A stretch of 64,000 nucleotides of DNA. Source: Paraphysomonas bandaiensis (taxonomy: Eukaryota > Protista > Chrysophyceae). Where the stretch lies: positions 195,214 through 259,213 of the forward strand of contig CBFFRP010000181.1 in the NCBI GenBank assembly GCA_965644295.1, read 5' to 3'. The notes under the pieces are model-generated. The model did not search any database and had not been told where the DNA came from. It saw only the letters and a list, made by a program, of their open reading frames with translations. This document shows, piece by piece, positions 1-11,908 of this stretch (positions within the stretch are counted from its first letter, which is position 1; each line of letters begins with the position of its first letter). Position numbers and translations under genes: made by a program.

Positions 1-770
1 AAACACGAAATCATGCGAAACATTGAACCTGGAGTATTCTTCACAGATAATACCACCGTAGCCTTCTTAACATCATCCTGACGTGCTGTCGTACTTTCAG
101 GACCAATATACAGTGGGTCAATTACTTCCAATGTAGGCGAGATTCCGGTGGAGCGACTCGCTTTTGCAATGATGGCATATCTAGTTTCTGAGTTCCTATC
201 GTTGCCAATACTCTCAGAAATAACATTTAAACCATAGAATGCGGCAGCTTGACGCGTACAAATGACGGCATCTCCGGAACCATCTGCTGTGGACAGAAGG
301 AGTTTGCATGCGGCAGCGCTGTCGCACGTTGAGTCGCGCTCAATGCGTTCCAAAGATAAACGGGAACGTTTGCGATCGAGTGCATCTAAAAACTCAGAAC
401 AATCTTCAATAATAACCGGGTGTGACATAATCCGAGCAATCGACACATCAGATGCTGTTGCTTTCGTGCATAAGCAGTGCTGTTCCCTTTCAACAACTTC
501 CCCAATAATAGTGACACCCTCACAATGCTTGAGTAACTGATCAAACACAACATGCATGCTACCATGATTGCTACTCTCCATTGGAACAACACCGTAATCA
601 ATTCTTCCAGAGCATACATCATCAAAGATAGATACACATGTAGGCGAAGCTTCATAATGAATAGCGGAGGATATCTTGCTGAAGAAATTCTTGGCAGCTA
701 CGCATGTAAAAGAATAATCACTTCCTAAGAAACTGACCTTTACGTTATCTACTTTCTGTTTTTTATTCAT
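1..770 (-). CDS. Prephenate/arogenate dehydratase (PDT domain plus start of ACT domain); runs off the left edge of the window
   Basis: Manual translation from ATG at 770 (absent from ORF track): MNKKQKVDNVKVSFLGSDYSFTCVAAKNFF...DYGVVPMESSNHGSMHVVFDQL...IIGEVVEREQHCL...IMSHPVIIEDC...DSAAAC...GNDRNSETRYAII...ATVVLSVKNTPGSMFRMISCF. This matches PheA motif order (AYLGP.GTFS, VVP.ENS, SHPQA, N.TRF, ACT 'N.PGAL'). Confidence 0.85.
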   Translation of the reverse strand, partial: MNKKQKVDNVKVSFLGSDYSFTCVAAKNFFSKISSAIHYEASPTCVSIFDDVCSGRIDYGVVPMESSNHGSMHVVFDQLLKHCEGVTIIGEVVEREQHCLCTKATASDVSIARIMSHPVIIEDCSEFLDALDRKRSRLSLERIERDSTCDSAAACKLLLSTADGSGDAVICTRQAAAFYGLNVISESIGNDRNSETRYAIIAKASRSTGISPTLEVIDPLYIGPESTTARQDDVKKATVVLSVKNTPGSMFRMISC

Positions 771-1258
771 ATTGATAGCTGTAAATATAAAGATATATAG
801 TTATATTCCACTGATGCATATGTATGTATTGGGAACTCCATATAGCTTGCTACGCACCTATGGAGCAGGTTACTACATATGTATGATATGGGTATTCTCC
901 TGTACTGAACAACACGCACACACTCTATTTTATGACTGAGTCTTTTGCTTCTTGGAGGATGTGTACATAAAACCACTCTATAATCTCCAAAATCTATAAT
1001 TTATATTCCCTTATTTCACATATTTCTTAAAAATATCATCCCCAACAATACAAAATCCGTAAAATCCATTAAAAACTGGTTACTTCCAGTCTAGCCAAGT
1101 AAGTTAGATTAGCTGAGATATTCTTCATCTCTATTATATGGTACAGCTAGTACAGTAGAATATACACTGATACACTGATACACTGATATAAACCATAGCC
1201 TTCCACTTGATTTCTTATCATACCATAATACATACATTAAAGTAGTGAATGACTATAA

Positions 1259-2123
1259 ATGGCAAATACTTCTAATAAACGCAAAAGGGCTATTAGAAAG
1301 AAAGCTGTTAAGAAAGCCAAGAAGCAGTGTAAACCTCTAACTGTTTCATCTAATGGAACCCTACGTGTTGCTACTAAACGTGAGCGTCCAAAATTTATGA
1401 ATGCTGTACGGTATGATACCGGATCTATTTTATTACTAGGAGATGGAGGTTTACTTATTAACATATCTGTTATGTGTGTATTGTAATATAGTTATCATAG
1501 ATTTCTCTTTTGCAGAGGGGTTAATTGCACATCGTAATGGGAGTGGACGTGGAGTAATAGCTACCTCATTTGATAGCCGAACGGCAGTCGAGAGAAAGTA
1601 TGGTGAGAGTTCCGTATCAGCTCGATTGAGTCGGTTGACTGCTGCTGGTGCTGTTGTGAAGCATGACGTGGATGCACGGGCACTGGATGCTGCAGCCCCT
1701 GTCCTGTTGTCCACTCTTCGTGATAGAGAAAAGGGGGGCAATCGTCTTGATGATTCTTCTGCATCAGCGTTGTCGCAACAAAGGTTTAGTCGCGTTGTAT
1801 TCAATTTTCCCCATTCTGGACAGCAGCGTGTGCATGTCAACAGAGCTCTCCTACAGAGTTTCTTTGCCACTGTCCCGGCTGTTCTATCTTCTGCAGGAGA
1901 AGTCCACATAACTATCAAAATGAAACCTCCTTATTCCTTATGGGGAATCGAAGATATTGCGAAAGATAATAAATTCCGATTAGTAGCTACCAAGGAGTTT
2001 GATCAACAACTCTTTCCAGGATACAGGCATCAGACAACAGAAGCTGATGCGGTAACCTTCAGAGCAGCCGGAAATATAGAGGCTCGCTCAATTAAGACTC
2101 TGTGTTTTGCGAAAAAGAAATAG
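1259..2123 (+). CDS. DUF2431 / BMT5-like 25S rRNA (uridine-N3)-methyltransferase domain protein, 2 exons
   Basis: Intron 1449-1500 (GT..AG) joins ILLLGDG to DFSFA; motifs ATSFDS, VDARAL, FSRVVFNFPHSG, NRALLQSFF, GEVHIT, PYSLW, FPGYRH; basic N-terminus. Confidence 0.85.
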
Positions 2124-2405
2124 GTAGATACGTTGTAGACGTATCGATCGAATTGAAATTGTTTGAGCATGTCAAAAAGTTGTGGCAACCACATATGAGA
2201 GTTATCCCGCTGAACAGTAGCACAATTAGGGCGAGACATAAATGCATTAGCGCATATGTAATAAATATATATCATATATCATTTCATATCATTGCAGCTG
2301 AAATGCTGAAACTATCATTCATTGCGGGGATTGGAGATTACTTTGTTCTTAATTCCTTATTCCCATACACTTTCTTCTTTCTTCAGACTACTATAAGGTA
2401 TAAAG

Positions 2406-2635
2406 TGTTAGGTTATAGGATATTCAATGAAATATATCATGAACTGAATTAGAGAGGGTATCTGTTGATGATTATCCTAGTGGTCGTCATTATCACTTAT
2501 ACTCCTTACTATTACGTTGTATGTAATAGTTATGTTCTGCATAATTATTCATCTTTTCTAAATTACTGTGTTCATCATTTTACGCTCTAAAAATGGCAAC
2601 TTTCTTCTTACTATTACTAAGCTTAAATCTGCAGT
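2406..2635 (+). mobile_element. Diverged solo LTR of the Copia family at 29291-35024
   Basis: tattcaatgaaatatatcatgaactgaattagagagggtatctgt is nearly identical to the Copia LTR, and collinear similarity continues to the LTR end; flanks TAAAG/AAAAG are a 4/5 TSD match. Confidence 0.85.
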
Positions 2636-2955
2636 AAAAGTATTTGCATGATGTATCATATTTCTCTTTCGTGCTGTAGTAGTGTAGTAGAATGACTACA
2701 GTTCATTGATTTACACATTGGACGAATTTAAAATATCGCAGTTCATGATATAGGGGGTTGGTATTTCCGAATTTTAAGGCACTAACCTCACTGAAACAAT
2801 AAAAATACTACTCGTAATCCACAATCAGGCTAGAAGTATTATAATCTTATCAGAAATTCTAACACTTGCATGCCAACAACTGACCATGATTTTATCATAC
2901 TACGCTTTCGCGAACTAACACGTGTGAAAAAAGAGAAGCAAAGCAAACACATTAA

Positions 2956-4312
2956 TCAAGCATAGTAGTCCAGAGAGCCCTTTTTCTTGGCGGCGACAAC
3001 ATTGATTCCCTCCATGAAATCCTCATGTTTAATTTTTGTGGCTTCGCGTCTCAAAGCAATCATACCTATACATATCAACATAACGACACCGCTCGAATAC
3101 AATAGAAAATAAGATATAAATACCTGCTTCCACAGCCACAGCCTTCAGCTGAGCTCCATTAAAATCTTCAGTGCATCTTGCTAATTCCTCGAAATTCACA
3201 TCATTGAAATCGACTTGCATATTGCGAGAATGGATCTTCAATATCTGCACTCTTGCAGTCTCAGAGGGATGCGGGAGTTCGACTTTCCTGTCCAAACGAC
3301 CTGATCGAAGAAGAGCAGGATCCAGAGTGTCGGGCCGATTAGTTGCAGCGATGACTTTTACCTTGTCGTTAGACGAGAAACCATCCAGCTGATTCAGCAA
3401 CTCAAGCATTGTTCGCTGTACCTCGCGATCACCCGACTGTTCTCCACCATAACGTTTTGTTCCAATTGCATCGAGTTCATCAATAAAGATGATAGCGCCT
3501 TTGCGTCCTTCCTTGGTGATTTTCTCTTTAGCAAGGTCAAACGCATCCCGGACCAGTTTCGCACCATCACCGATGAACATCTGTACCAACTGCGGCCCTG
3601 ATATCTTAAGAAATATTGCCTCGGTATTTTTGGCACATGCACGGGCAAGTAGCGTCTTTCCAGTACCAGGGGGGCCGTACAATAGTACTCCTTTGGGTGC
3701 GCGTATGCCAATAGTTTCGAACTTATCTGCCTGGGTCATAGGCAACACCACCGCCTCAATCAGCTCTTGAATCTGCTTGTCCAGACCGCCAATGTCAGTA
3801 TATTCTTCTGTGGGTTTCTCATCCACCTCCATAGCCTTAATACGAGAATCATACTCCGCAGGAAGCTTGTCGAGAATTATATAGGAATCCTTGTTGGTTC
3901 CGACGAGCTCACCCGGCTTCAATTCCTCCGCACGAATCAGTCCAGGAATGGGAAGAAACACAGTCTGCCGAGTCGAAGTCTTAACTACAGCACCTTTTCC
4001 TTCCAATGTATTGGCATCTGTCGCAGCACCATCTTCATCCGCATCCACATAAGGGTCAACTATCTCTATTACATTTGCCACTAGATAAGGAAGTTGTTTA
4101 TTCAATTTAACTTTCTCTCTGTTATCCTTAATATGCTCACGTTGATTATTAGATTCATTTTTTATACGAGCAATCTCTCTTTTCATGAATGATATCTCAT
4201 TCTCCACTTGTCTGGTTCTCTGTCTTATCTCCTCTGCAGACATTCCCTGGAGATCTGCTTCGATCTCATCTTGACCCTCACCCCAAATTTCAGCTTCTAA
4301 TTCTGTTGCCAT
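2956..4312 (-). CDS. PSMC3: 26S proteasome AAA-ATPase subunit RPT5 (6A), one intron near 3066-3123
   Basis: [57 protein letters not shown]; last exon [29 protein letters not shown]. Confidence 0.97.
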
Positions 4313-4977
4313 TTGAATATATATCGAATTATATGTTAAATTTAATGAAGCTTATATGCAGTAGTTAATAGAGGCTCCAATTAATTACATATACACTCTA
4401 CGTACATTTACATATATATGCAATGCAGTGTTGCATATATAATTCCACGCATTGTATGCTATGATGAGCATACATGACACAGAACTACAGTGGTATACGT
4501 ATTGCTTGAATTGTGGGATATGAAATACAATCGTATACAACTGTATATAGTATACCATTGTATACCTCATATACGCACACAGGAGTCCAGGAAACATCAG
4601 CAGTATGAAGTATGCACGAAGTGAGATACGTGAAGTACGAAGTCGTACACCATGTAGTCGTATCAAGGGTTGCAGCATCTTTTGTACAATAGCATTCTAC
4701 TACTACAACTACACTGCATCTATCCATATATACGTACTAGTACTTAACCATATAGAAACCATCACTATCCAGTCACAGTCCAGTCCATATTATTCACCAC
4801 TTATTGGTACATTGATAATTTGTATGTAATAATTATTAACAGCTGTCTGCATTATCAGATCAGATAAGTTACTATATGCAGTATATTAACAGCTATTAGT
4901 ATTCTATATGGATAATCATACTTACTAAGTATAGTTACATTATCTATATACATTACACACATTATCTGCAATAAAGA

Positions 4978-6075
4978 ATGGGAAATACAACAAAAAAACA
5001 ATCACAAAATCCTAAACAATCATTATCAGTATTACTACGAGATATTATTCAAAAAAGGAAATCAAATGAGAATGTGAATAATTCATTTCAACCACATCAA
5101 TTGGATGGTTTTGAGGGTGATATTATGAAAATAGTGCAATATGAAACTAATGGTCTCAGGATGAAAATATTGCGCGATATACCAATTGAGTTTTTGACCA
5201 AAACTGTTGTAATACTATATGGACCTCCAAAGAGTGATGTGAAAGAGATATCTTCATTTCTGAAACACAAACTCAATTTCAAAAGATTCACTGAAAATGA
5301 TTTCCCATCTGCGGAATCTAGTGATGATAATCCGCCGCCGCCTGAAGAGCGACTCAAAGATTTCTTTACGCGGATCCAGAGAGAAGATTGTGAACAGGGG
5401 TTCATACTTGTCAACAGCCCCCGAACCGTGGTGGACGGTGAAGCATTTAATTGGGCAACAAAGAATTACAAGAAAGTTGTTTTATTCGTGGATCATGATT
5501 ATAATGTAAGTTAGCGATGTGTTATTATTGCATTATGTGTGTGCTTGATGTTTTGGCCTGTCGTCGTGCCCACTGGTTTCATATAATTTTTCGTTGACTT
5601 TGTATTACTTACGAACAGAAACTTTTAAAAAAAAGATGTTCTCGGTGGATCCATGTGGCTAGTGGAAGGAAGTATGATACCTATAAGAAACCCCCTCATA
5701 GCATGCAAGGTGACCCGGACAATCCCACTAACATGAAGGACGACGAGACTGGTGAGGAACTCGTTCAGGTGGGGCTTTAGTTCACTCCAGTCGTTTTTAT
5801 TTCATCGTGCATTATTTTGGTAGGTGGTAGACAAGAAACAGTATAGGATGGAACTGCGGGCCTATAGCAAGATGGTAACCGTAATGCGTACATACTATGC
5901 ACACTCTGCGATGTCAACCTTTGCTGACCGAGACGTGAGTGAGATTAAAAATGATATTGTAACTATTTTGTGCCGAGTCATCGCCAATCAACCTAAACCT
6001 GAAGGCCGTCGACCATTCCGGGCCACAGCTGATGAGGGACTTGCTATATCATTTCGTGACGATTCCGGCAGCTAA
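4978..6075 (+). CDS. Degenerate adenylate-kinase-like protein, 3 exons (about 4978-5505, 5619-5768, 5824-6075)
   Basis: VVILYGPPKSDVK (eroded P-loop), DCEQGFILVNSPRTV (cf. GFILDGFPRT), LID-like RWIHVASGRKYD..KPP...KDDETGEELVQ, C-terminal ELRAYSKMVTVMRTYY. Confidence 0.75.
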
Positions 6076-7268
6076 TATCAGAATGTACCGTAGAAACCTC
6101 AAATACTTTTATTCATTCTTTAGTAGTTGTCACTCGTAAATACCGATCCAATTATTGCTTAGAGGGAAGAAATTTACGTTTAATGTTGTGAAGCACTATT
6201 TCTAGTGCATAATATTCATATTTGATAGTGTAACATGCATTCATGATGATTAGGCGTGGTCATTTCCAACTACAGTTAATGTAGTGATATGATTTTCGCT
6301 TATATATTACATAGATCACTGTTACAAATGCTCAGATGTTGTAATTTGAGAAGTGGGATATGTTTATACATGAAAGTAATAATGTAAATGAAAGGAGTAG
6401 TCTGTACAACTTCTTGTTCTTTGTGATATTGAACCGTTTTGCAGGTAAGAGGAGTAGTGGTTTAATATTGTGATTAGCTAAAGGAAGCATATAATTTGCA
6501 TTAATTAATACTCTCTGTGTACAATGCTTCCGTTCTTTAATATAATATTTAAATATATCATACTGATAAGACGAGCGCCTGGACTATGAGTAATTCTAAA
6601 AGTAGAAGCTGTTTTAAGAGCACAGTTAAGGTAACCGATATGGAGTCAATAGTCAATATTTAATATAATTAATCTTTATCTCTCAATAATACGAGATGTA
6701 TCTTTCATTAAGTAGTAAGACTAGTAAGTGATGAATGAGGCTGAGCGACTACGATTCGTGTACTTCATGTTATACACGTTGGTATAAATGTATAATCATG
6801 CAAGGCAGGGCTGTGTAACAATTAATTGATTTTGAGAAATTACAATTTATTGTCCATTATTGAAATTGGGACAGCAAATAATAATCGCTATGCATTATAA
6901 TTGACTACTACCTGCTTCAATTAATTGATATTGACCAGATACATGACTAATATGAAGAATATTACATACTAAATACTAACCGTTAATGTAGTTGACTTAC
7001 ATAGCATTTTTTGAGCATAGCAGCAGTTAGAACGCCAACGCTCAATAGTATCCTGTCTACTGCCCTGTATGCATGGTTGAATTTGCATGTTCCACAAGTA
7101 GCTCAATTTACAGTAGCAACGGTATATATTATAAGAATTTCTTTCGAATACAATAATTCTCATAATTTACGCAACCCTTAATACTGCAGCACGTCGACGT
7201 TATTCCTATTCTACAGCTACGGATTTCACGACATACTTCAGCAGTAGACAAATTATAAGTTCACTGCA

Positions 7269-7766
7269 CTATACCGTGGAATTATATCCATTAATAGCAG
7301 CAGGGCTAGCGGTCGGAGCGGGTCCACCTCCCATGATGTCTTTAAACTTATCAAACGCCAATCCTTCAGGCCCACCCCCATAAACACGCAACAAATTCTC
7401 AAGTTCATCATCTGAAAGTTTCTCACCAACACCAAGCATTATACGTCTTAATTCTGGTATTGATATAACTCCTGGTTGAAGTTTACCATATGTACGAAGA
7501 AATTCTGCAGTATGTCCTTTCTGTCCTTGAGTTTTCTTCTTATTACCAATCATAGCTAAGAACTCTTCTTCTTCAATAGTTCCATTACCATCTTCATCAA
7601 CTTCTTTAATCATTAAATATAATTCTTCATTGGTTGGATTTTGTCCAAGTTGTTTCATTACTTTACCAATCTCTTTCTCTGTAATACATCCATCACCATC
7701 ATCATCAAAGAGTTTAAATGCTGCTGAATATTCTTTTTTATCTTCTTCACTTAAGAATTCTACCAT
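7269..7766 (-). CDS. Calmodulin-like EF-hand protein
   Basis: [32 protein letters not shown]...[27 protein letters not shown]; two canonical N-lobe EF hands, degenerate C-lobe. Confidence 0.88.
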   Translation of the reverse strand: MVEFLSEEDKKEYSAAFKLFDDDGDGCITEKEIGKVMKQLGQNPTNEELYLMIKEVDEDGNGTIEEEEFLAMIGNKKKTQGQKGHTAEFLRTYGKLQPGVISIPELRRIMLGVGEKLSDDELENLLRVYGGGPEGLAFDKFKDIMGGGPAPTASPAAINGYNSTV

Positions 7767-8316
7767 GATTGTAGTTATATATATATATATGTGTGTGTGT
7801 GATGTACTAACCACTTTATATATGTGTAATTGGCGTACTAGACTATAGCATCGCATGTATTGAGAGGTTGATGAGAGTCATAGTCAGCTATGTACATATA
7901 TATATATATGGATATACTGTATGGTGAACTTTCACTTCCTTTGAGATCATTACAAGTACAGGCATCCACATCACTTTATAGAACACAAATACATCCAGAT
8001 CACAGATACAAACACAGCCAGACTACAGCTGTATATATAGTTTTTATGACAGTGATTCTAAAAAATCGCCCTTTTCATTAAATACAGCATAAAAAACCTG
8101 TATATTGAACATCAAAAAACAATATCCAGCAAAAAAAAACTGGGATTTTTCCCAGTCACGAATATAGTGCCACTGCATAGAAAACCGCCCTATAGCAGGA
8201 CTTCGTAGCTATGTCCTATTCCTTAACGTATAGGCGGATAGTCCACGAGTTCTAATCATTGGTGCCATTGATTGATTCATGACATCTTGCAGTAGCCCAT
8301 TATCTCTTATTACTTC

Positions 8317-8800
8317 TTCCCCATTCCGAGAGTGCGCTCTAGTAAAGTGTTTGTTGTTGATTGTTAATCAAATCCCGGCGTATGTTTCTGTGTAGTAACG
8401 AGCAAGCTCCAGCTAGAATTACACTACAGTTGCATATTCCATACATGATTCTAGGGAAGGAGGGGTTTTGAGTCAATGTCACGCCATGAATATGCTGATT
8501 TATTCTGGGTCTCGAGAAGCTCCGCGTAATCTTGTTAGGGGATGACAAGGTAAAACATGGCCCTGCTAGAATCTGTGCGAATTTCATATACAAGTCATGC
8601 ATAACTATGACAAATCCGGCGTAATCTTAGCGAAGGTGATGACGGATAGGGCTGTAGGGCAGCTATCACCGAATCTATGCGCGCTCAACATGATTAGCCA
8701 AGCTGGTGAACCGGTGGGCGGGTGTGTGACTACGTAGAATCAGTGTTATATGTGGTGTACCAGCGAGTCTACACTATAGCCACATTGTCGGAAAGGGGCA
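8317..8800. mobile_element. Solo-LTR-like insertion, copy A (484 bp)
   Basis: Exact 5-bp TSD ACTTC (8312-8316, 8801-8805); imperfect inverted ends ttccccattccga / tcggaaaggggca; block-wise homology to 11497-11908. Confidence 0.75.
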
Positions 8801-9643
8801 ACTTCTGTTGAAACACGACCGGTATATATTTTCAGATTGGGAAGGGCACATGCTGCATGCATAATGTTACTCTGTGTAAGTGAAATACGAGAGCTGAGGG
8901 ATAGCATGTGATATGAGGGTGTGTAGTAGGTGTAGAATATTCAAACTATTGAAAATAGCGACGATGTGACGTCAAGAATATATTTTACAGAATATGCCAC
9001 GATATGATGATTATAATGAATATTTTTTATTATTATTATTCATACATACTCGCCCCTCAGGAGTGGAAGCAGTTAATGTGATAGTGCTCGGCCATAGTCG
9101 TTAATATTAAAGCCATTCGTATGAGGATAAGTTGGAAAAAAGGAAATACGGATTGTTTCAAGTTGTTTAGTGGTATTAGTTAATATTATCACACTGCCTC
9201 CTTCAGAATATAATTGATACGTTTTCAGTTATAACGTATACTTTCTTTCATATACTTAATGTAAGACATATATTGACTTGATTTCAATGCAGGAGTAAAG
9301 CTACCATGAGTCACTATGGTCTACGGTTGCTAAATATTTGCTTGTGGTTTTAAACCTCTTTACTTCTATAATCGGCCTCGAGAAAATGTGTTTTCATGTG
9401 AAATAGGAAAAAGAGTCGTAAAATTCACTGCCACAATATTTATTCACTATAAGTGATATGGGTAAAGATACCAAGCACTACCCAGCTCATTTCACACGTA
9501 GTTCAACACTTCACGTTATTGTAGGCATATGTGACGTATACAATAGCCTGCATTCGTCACATACAACTCAGAAGACACACATACTAAGGTACTATATAAA
9601 ACACAACAAGGTTTCATCACATATAGAGATACAGGGTTCATAC

Positions 9644-10882
9644 TCAAGAGGCTAAATCCAGATCTTGTAGTACCTTTAATTTTGCCATTTTCGTAGTCAT
9701 TACGGATTCACCACATCTCTTAACAGTGCTACTCATACATGAGTGTGTCGCATGCACTGTCGGTTTTCTACATATTGGAACAGAATTAATAGAGCTATTA
9801 CTGTTTCGTCTTGGCTTCTGCTTCCCAGTTCCCTTGGATGAAGGAGATGCGTTGCCGCCAATAGGTGGGCACTTCTGTGGTCTAATAGCAGATGATGAAC
9901 TTTGGCACCGTGAGGGGGAATTAGATTGTGACCCCACTGTAGAAATAGACGCTTTCGGGGAAGCAGGTAACGTGGGGTTTGTTATTATCTGTGGTCCCGG
10001 TACACCGGGACCCGAAGATGAACTCTGGCACCATGAGGGAGGACTAGAATGTGGCTCCAGGGCAGGAACGGATGTCATTATCAATGGTCCCGGTACTCCG
10101 CGATCCGAAGATGAACTCTGGCACCGTGAGGGAGCACTAGAATGTGGCCCCAGGGCAGGAACGGATGTTATAATCTGTGGTGCCGGTACACTGCGACCAG
10201 AAGATGAACTCTGGCACCGTGAGGGAGCACTAGAATGTGGTCCCAGTGAAGGAATGGATATTTTCGGGGAAGCAAGTGAAGTGGGGTTTGCTGCTATCTG
10301 TGGCCCAGGTAAACTACGACCCACTGTGTCTCCCCATACCCGAAGAAAATTTCGAAGTAAATGAATTTGATACAAGTTGTCGTGGCCAATCAATGCACGC
10401 GCAAAGTCATTGAACTTAATCGCGACACTATTAATTCCTATATCAGTAAGAAACTGTTTTGCATTTCCTCGTCCTTGAAAAACACCGCTGCTGTATAGGC
10501 TATTTACAATAGTATCAACAACTACACCCTCCTTTACATTGGTAACTTCTAGGGTAGAAAACCACTTGTTAAGTTCGCTGAATTCGCGATCTGATATTTT
10601 AGATTTGGGCCTGTTGCCATGTTTCTTAAACCATTTGCTCCAGTCGGCATATCGCAGATTAATCCTATCCAAATCAAAGTCATCTCCACTCCGCTTTAAT
10701 CGCGATTTGTGCAGTCGTCGGTAAGAAGCTTCTAGAGACTCAGTGAGTTCATTGAAGTCTTTCGCGTGCTCTGAGCTGCGAGATGGAGGTGGCCGAGACG
10801 GAGATGATACAGATGTACAACCACTCTGTATGCTGGCAGTATCCAGACACGGCAACGAATAAAGCACAGGGGAGTCCCTCAT
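9644..10882 (-). CDS. Hypothetical protein: degenerate EF-hand-like N-half, Ser/Pro-rich tandem-repeat C-half
   Basis: 412-aa intronless ORF; ELNKWFSTLE..EGVVVDTI and AIKFNDFARAL resemble eroded EF hands; four SRCQSSSS-type repeats. Confidence 0.6.
   Translation of the reverse strand: MRDSPVLYSLPCLDTASIQSGCTSVSSPSRPPPSRSSEHAKDFNELTESLEASYRRLHKSRLKRSGDDFDLDRINLRYADWSKWFKKHGNRPKSKISDREFSELNKWFSTLEVTNVKEGVVVDTIVNSLYSSGVFQGRGNAKQFLTDIGINSVAIKFNDFARALIGHDNLYQIHLLRNFLRVWGDTVGRSLPGPQIAANPTSLASPKISIPSLGPHSSAPSRCQSSSSGRSVPAPQIITSVPALGPHSSAPSRCQSSSSDRGVPGPLIMTSVPALEPHSSPPSWCQSSSSGPGVPGPQIITNPTLPASPKASISTVGSQSNSPSRCQSSSSAIRPQKCPPIGGNASPSSKGTGKQKPRRNSNSSINSVPICRKPTVHATHSCMSSTVKRCGESVMTTKMAKLKVLQDLDLAS
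9888..10312 (-). repeat. Coding tandem repeat, 93-bp and 123-bp units
   Basis: gaagatgaactctggcacc recurs at about 10014, 10107 and 10200 (93-bp spacing), with a variant near 9891. Confidence 0.9.
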
Positions 10883-11496
10883 ATCGAGATCTTATACTCG
10901 TATGCAATGCTAAATCATTGTGTTTCGTTGCTATTATTTACATCAACTTCTTCATCTAGTTCCTCTCCTTATGAAAATACCATAAGAAATGACATTATGT
11001 TATGCATGATAGACCATTGGCATGCAATATCTTTATCACTGCAATGGTGTGTGCATGGGAAGGGATGGATGAACGCACACGAACGAGGGTTTGTATATAT
11101 GTATGTCGTACTTATAGAACAACTGGAATTAATTCCTGCAATCATAATTATGGATTTTGATTTAAGTGCTTCTGATTGGTGGAGACTGCGTGTGCCTATG
11201 GTCTCATAGCAAACACTGTGTGCGATATTTTCCCTCCTAATGAAATACAGAAACTACAGTGTGTGTATAAGAAGGAAGGAGTTGTGTCTGATATCTTAAG
11301 GAGATTCAGTCCAAATATTGGGCACGTATCCGCTGATCGCAACCCTTATGGCAGGGACATACTTCAGATAGATCCAACGATTATACACTAGCGTTATTCA
11401 TTCTTATCATGCCTAGCTTGTAAACATACATGTAGTGTAGGTCATTACTATGAACAATAGTATGACCATTGACCATTCTACGGTCTGATTATTCAT

Positions 11497-11908
11497 TGTC
11501 CCATTCCGAGAGCGTGTTCTAGTAAAGTGCTAGTGTTGATTAACCTAAGCAATGAATAGATTTTTATTACAACCCTGGCGTACTCTTTGTGTGTGCCGTG
11601 CTTGGCCTATACTGAGTCATGCAGGGTCACAAGAATCTCCGCCAAATCTTTGTTAGGGATGAGAATATGGTTATGGATTTGCTAGAATCTGCGCGAATTA
11701 CTTTTATATGTCTCGCATTGCTATGAGAACCCCTCGTAATCTTAGCGAAGGTGAACACGGGTGGGGCGGCAACAGAATCTGCGCGTGATATATGCGGTCA
11801 GCGACGTTAGTACATGGGCAGGCGGGTGGTAGAATCAGTGCTAAATCGCGATGTTATATGAGGTGTACCAGCGAGCCTACACTATGACCATACTCTTGGA
11901 ACAAGGCA
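11497..11908. mobile_element. Solo-LTR-like insertion, copy B (412 bp)
   Basis: TG...CA ends; exact 5-bp TSD TTCAT (11492-11496, 11909-11913); imperfect inverted ends tgtcccattccgagag / ctcttggaacaaggca; homologous to 8317-8800. Confidence 0.8.

Noticed and set aside
8317-11908. The two repeats as paired LTRs of one element that captured the 9644-10882 gene
   Set aside because: Each copy has its own distinct 5-bp TSD, and no PBS, PPT or pol remnant was seen between them.
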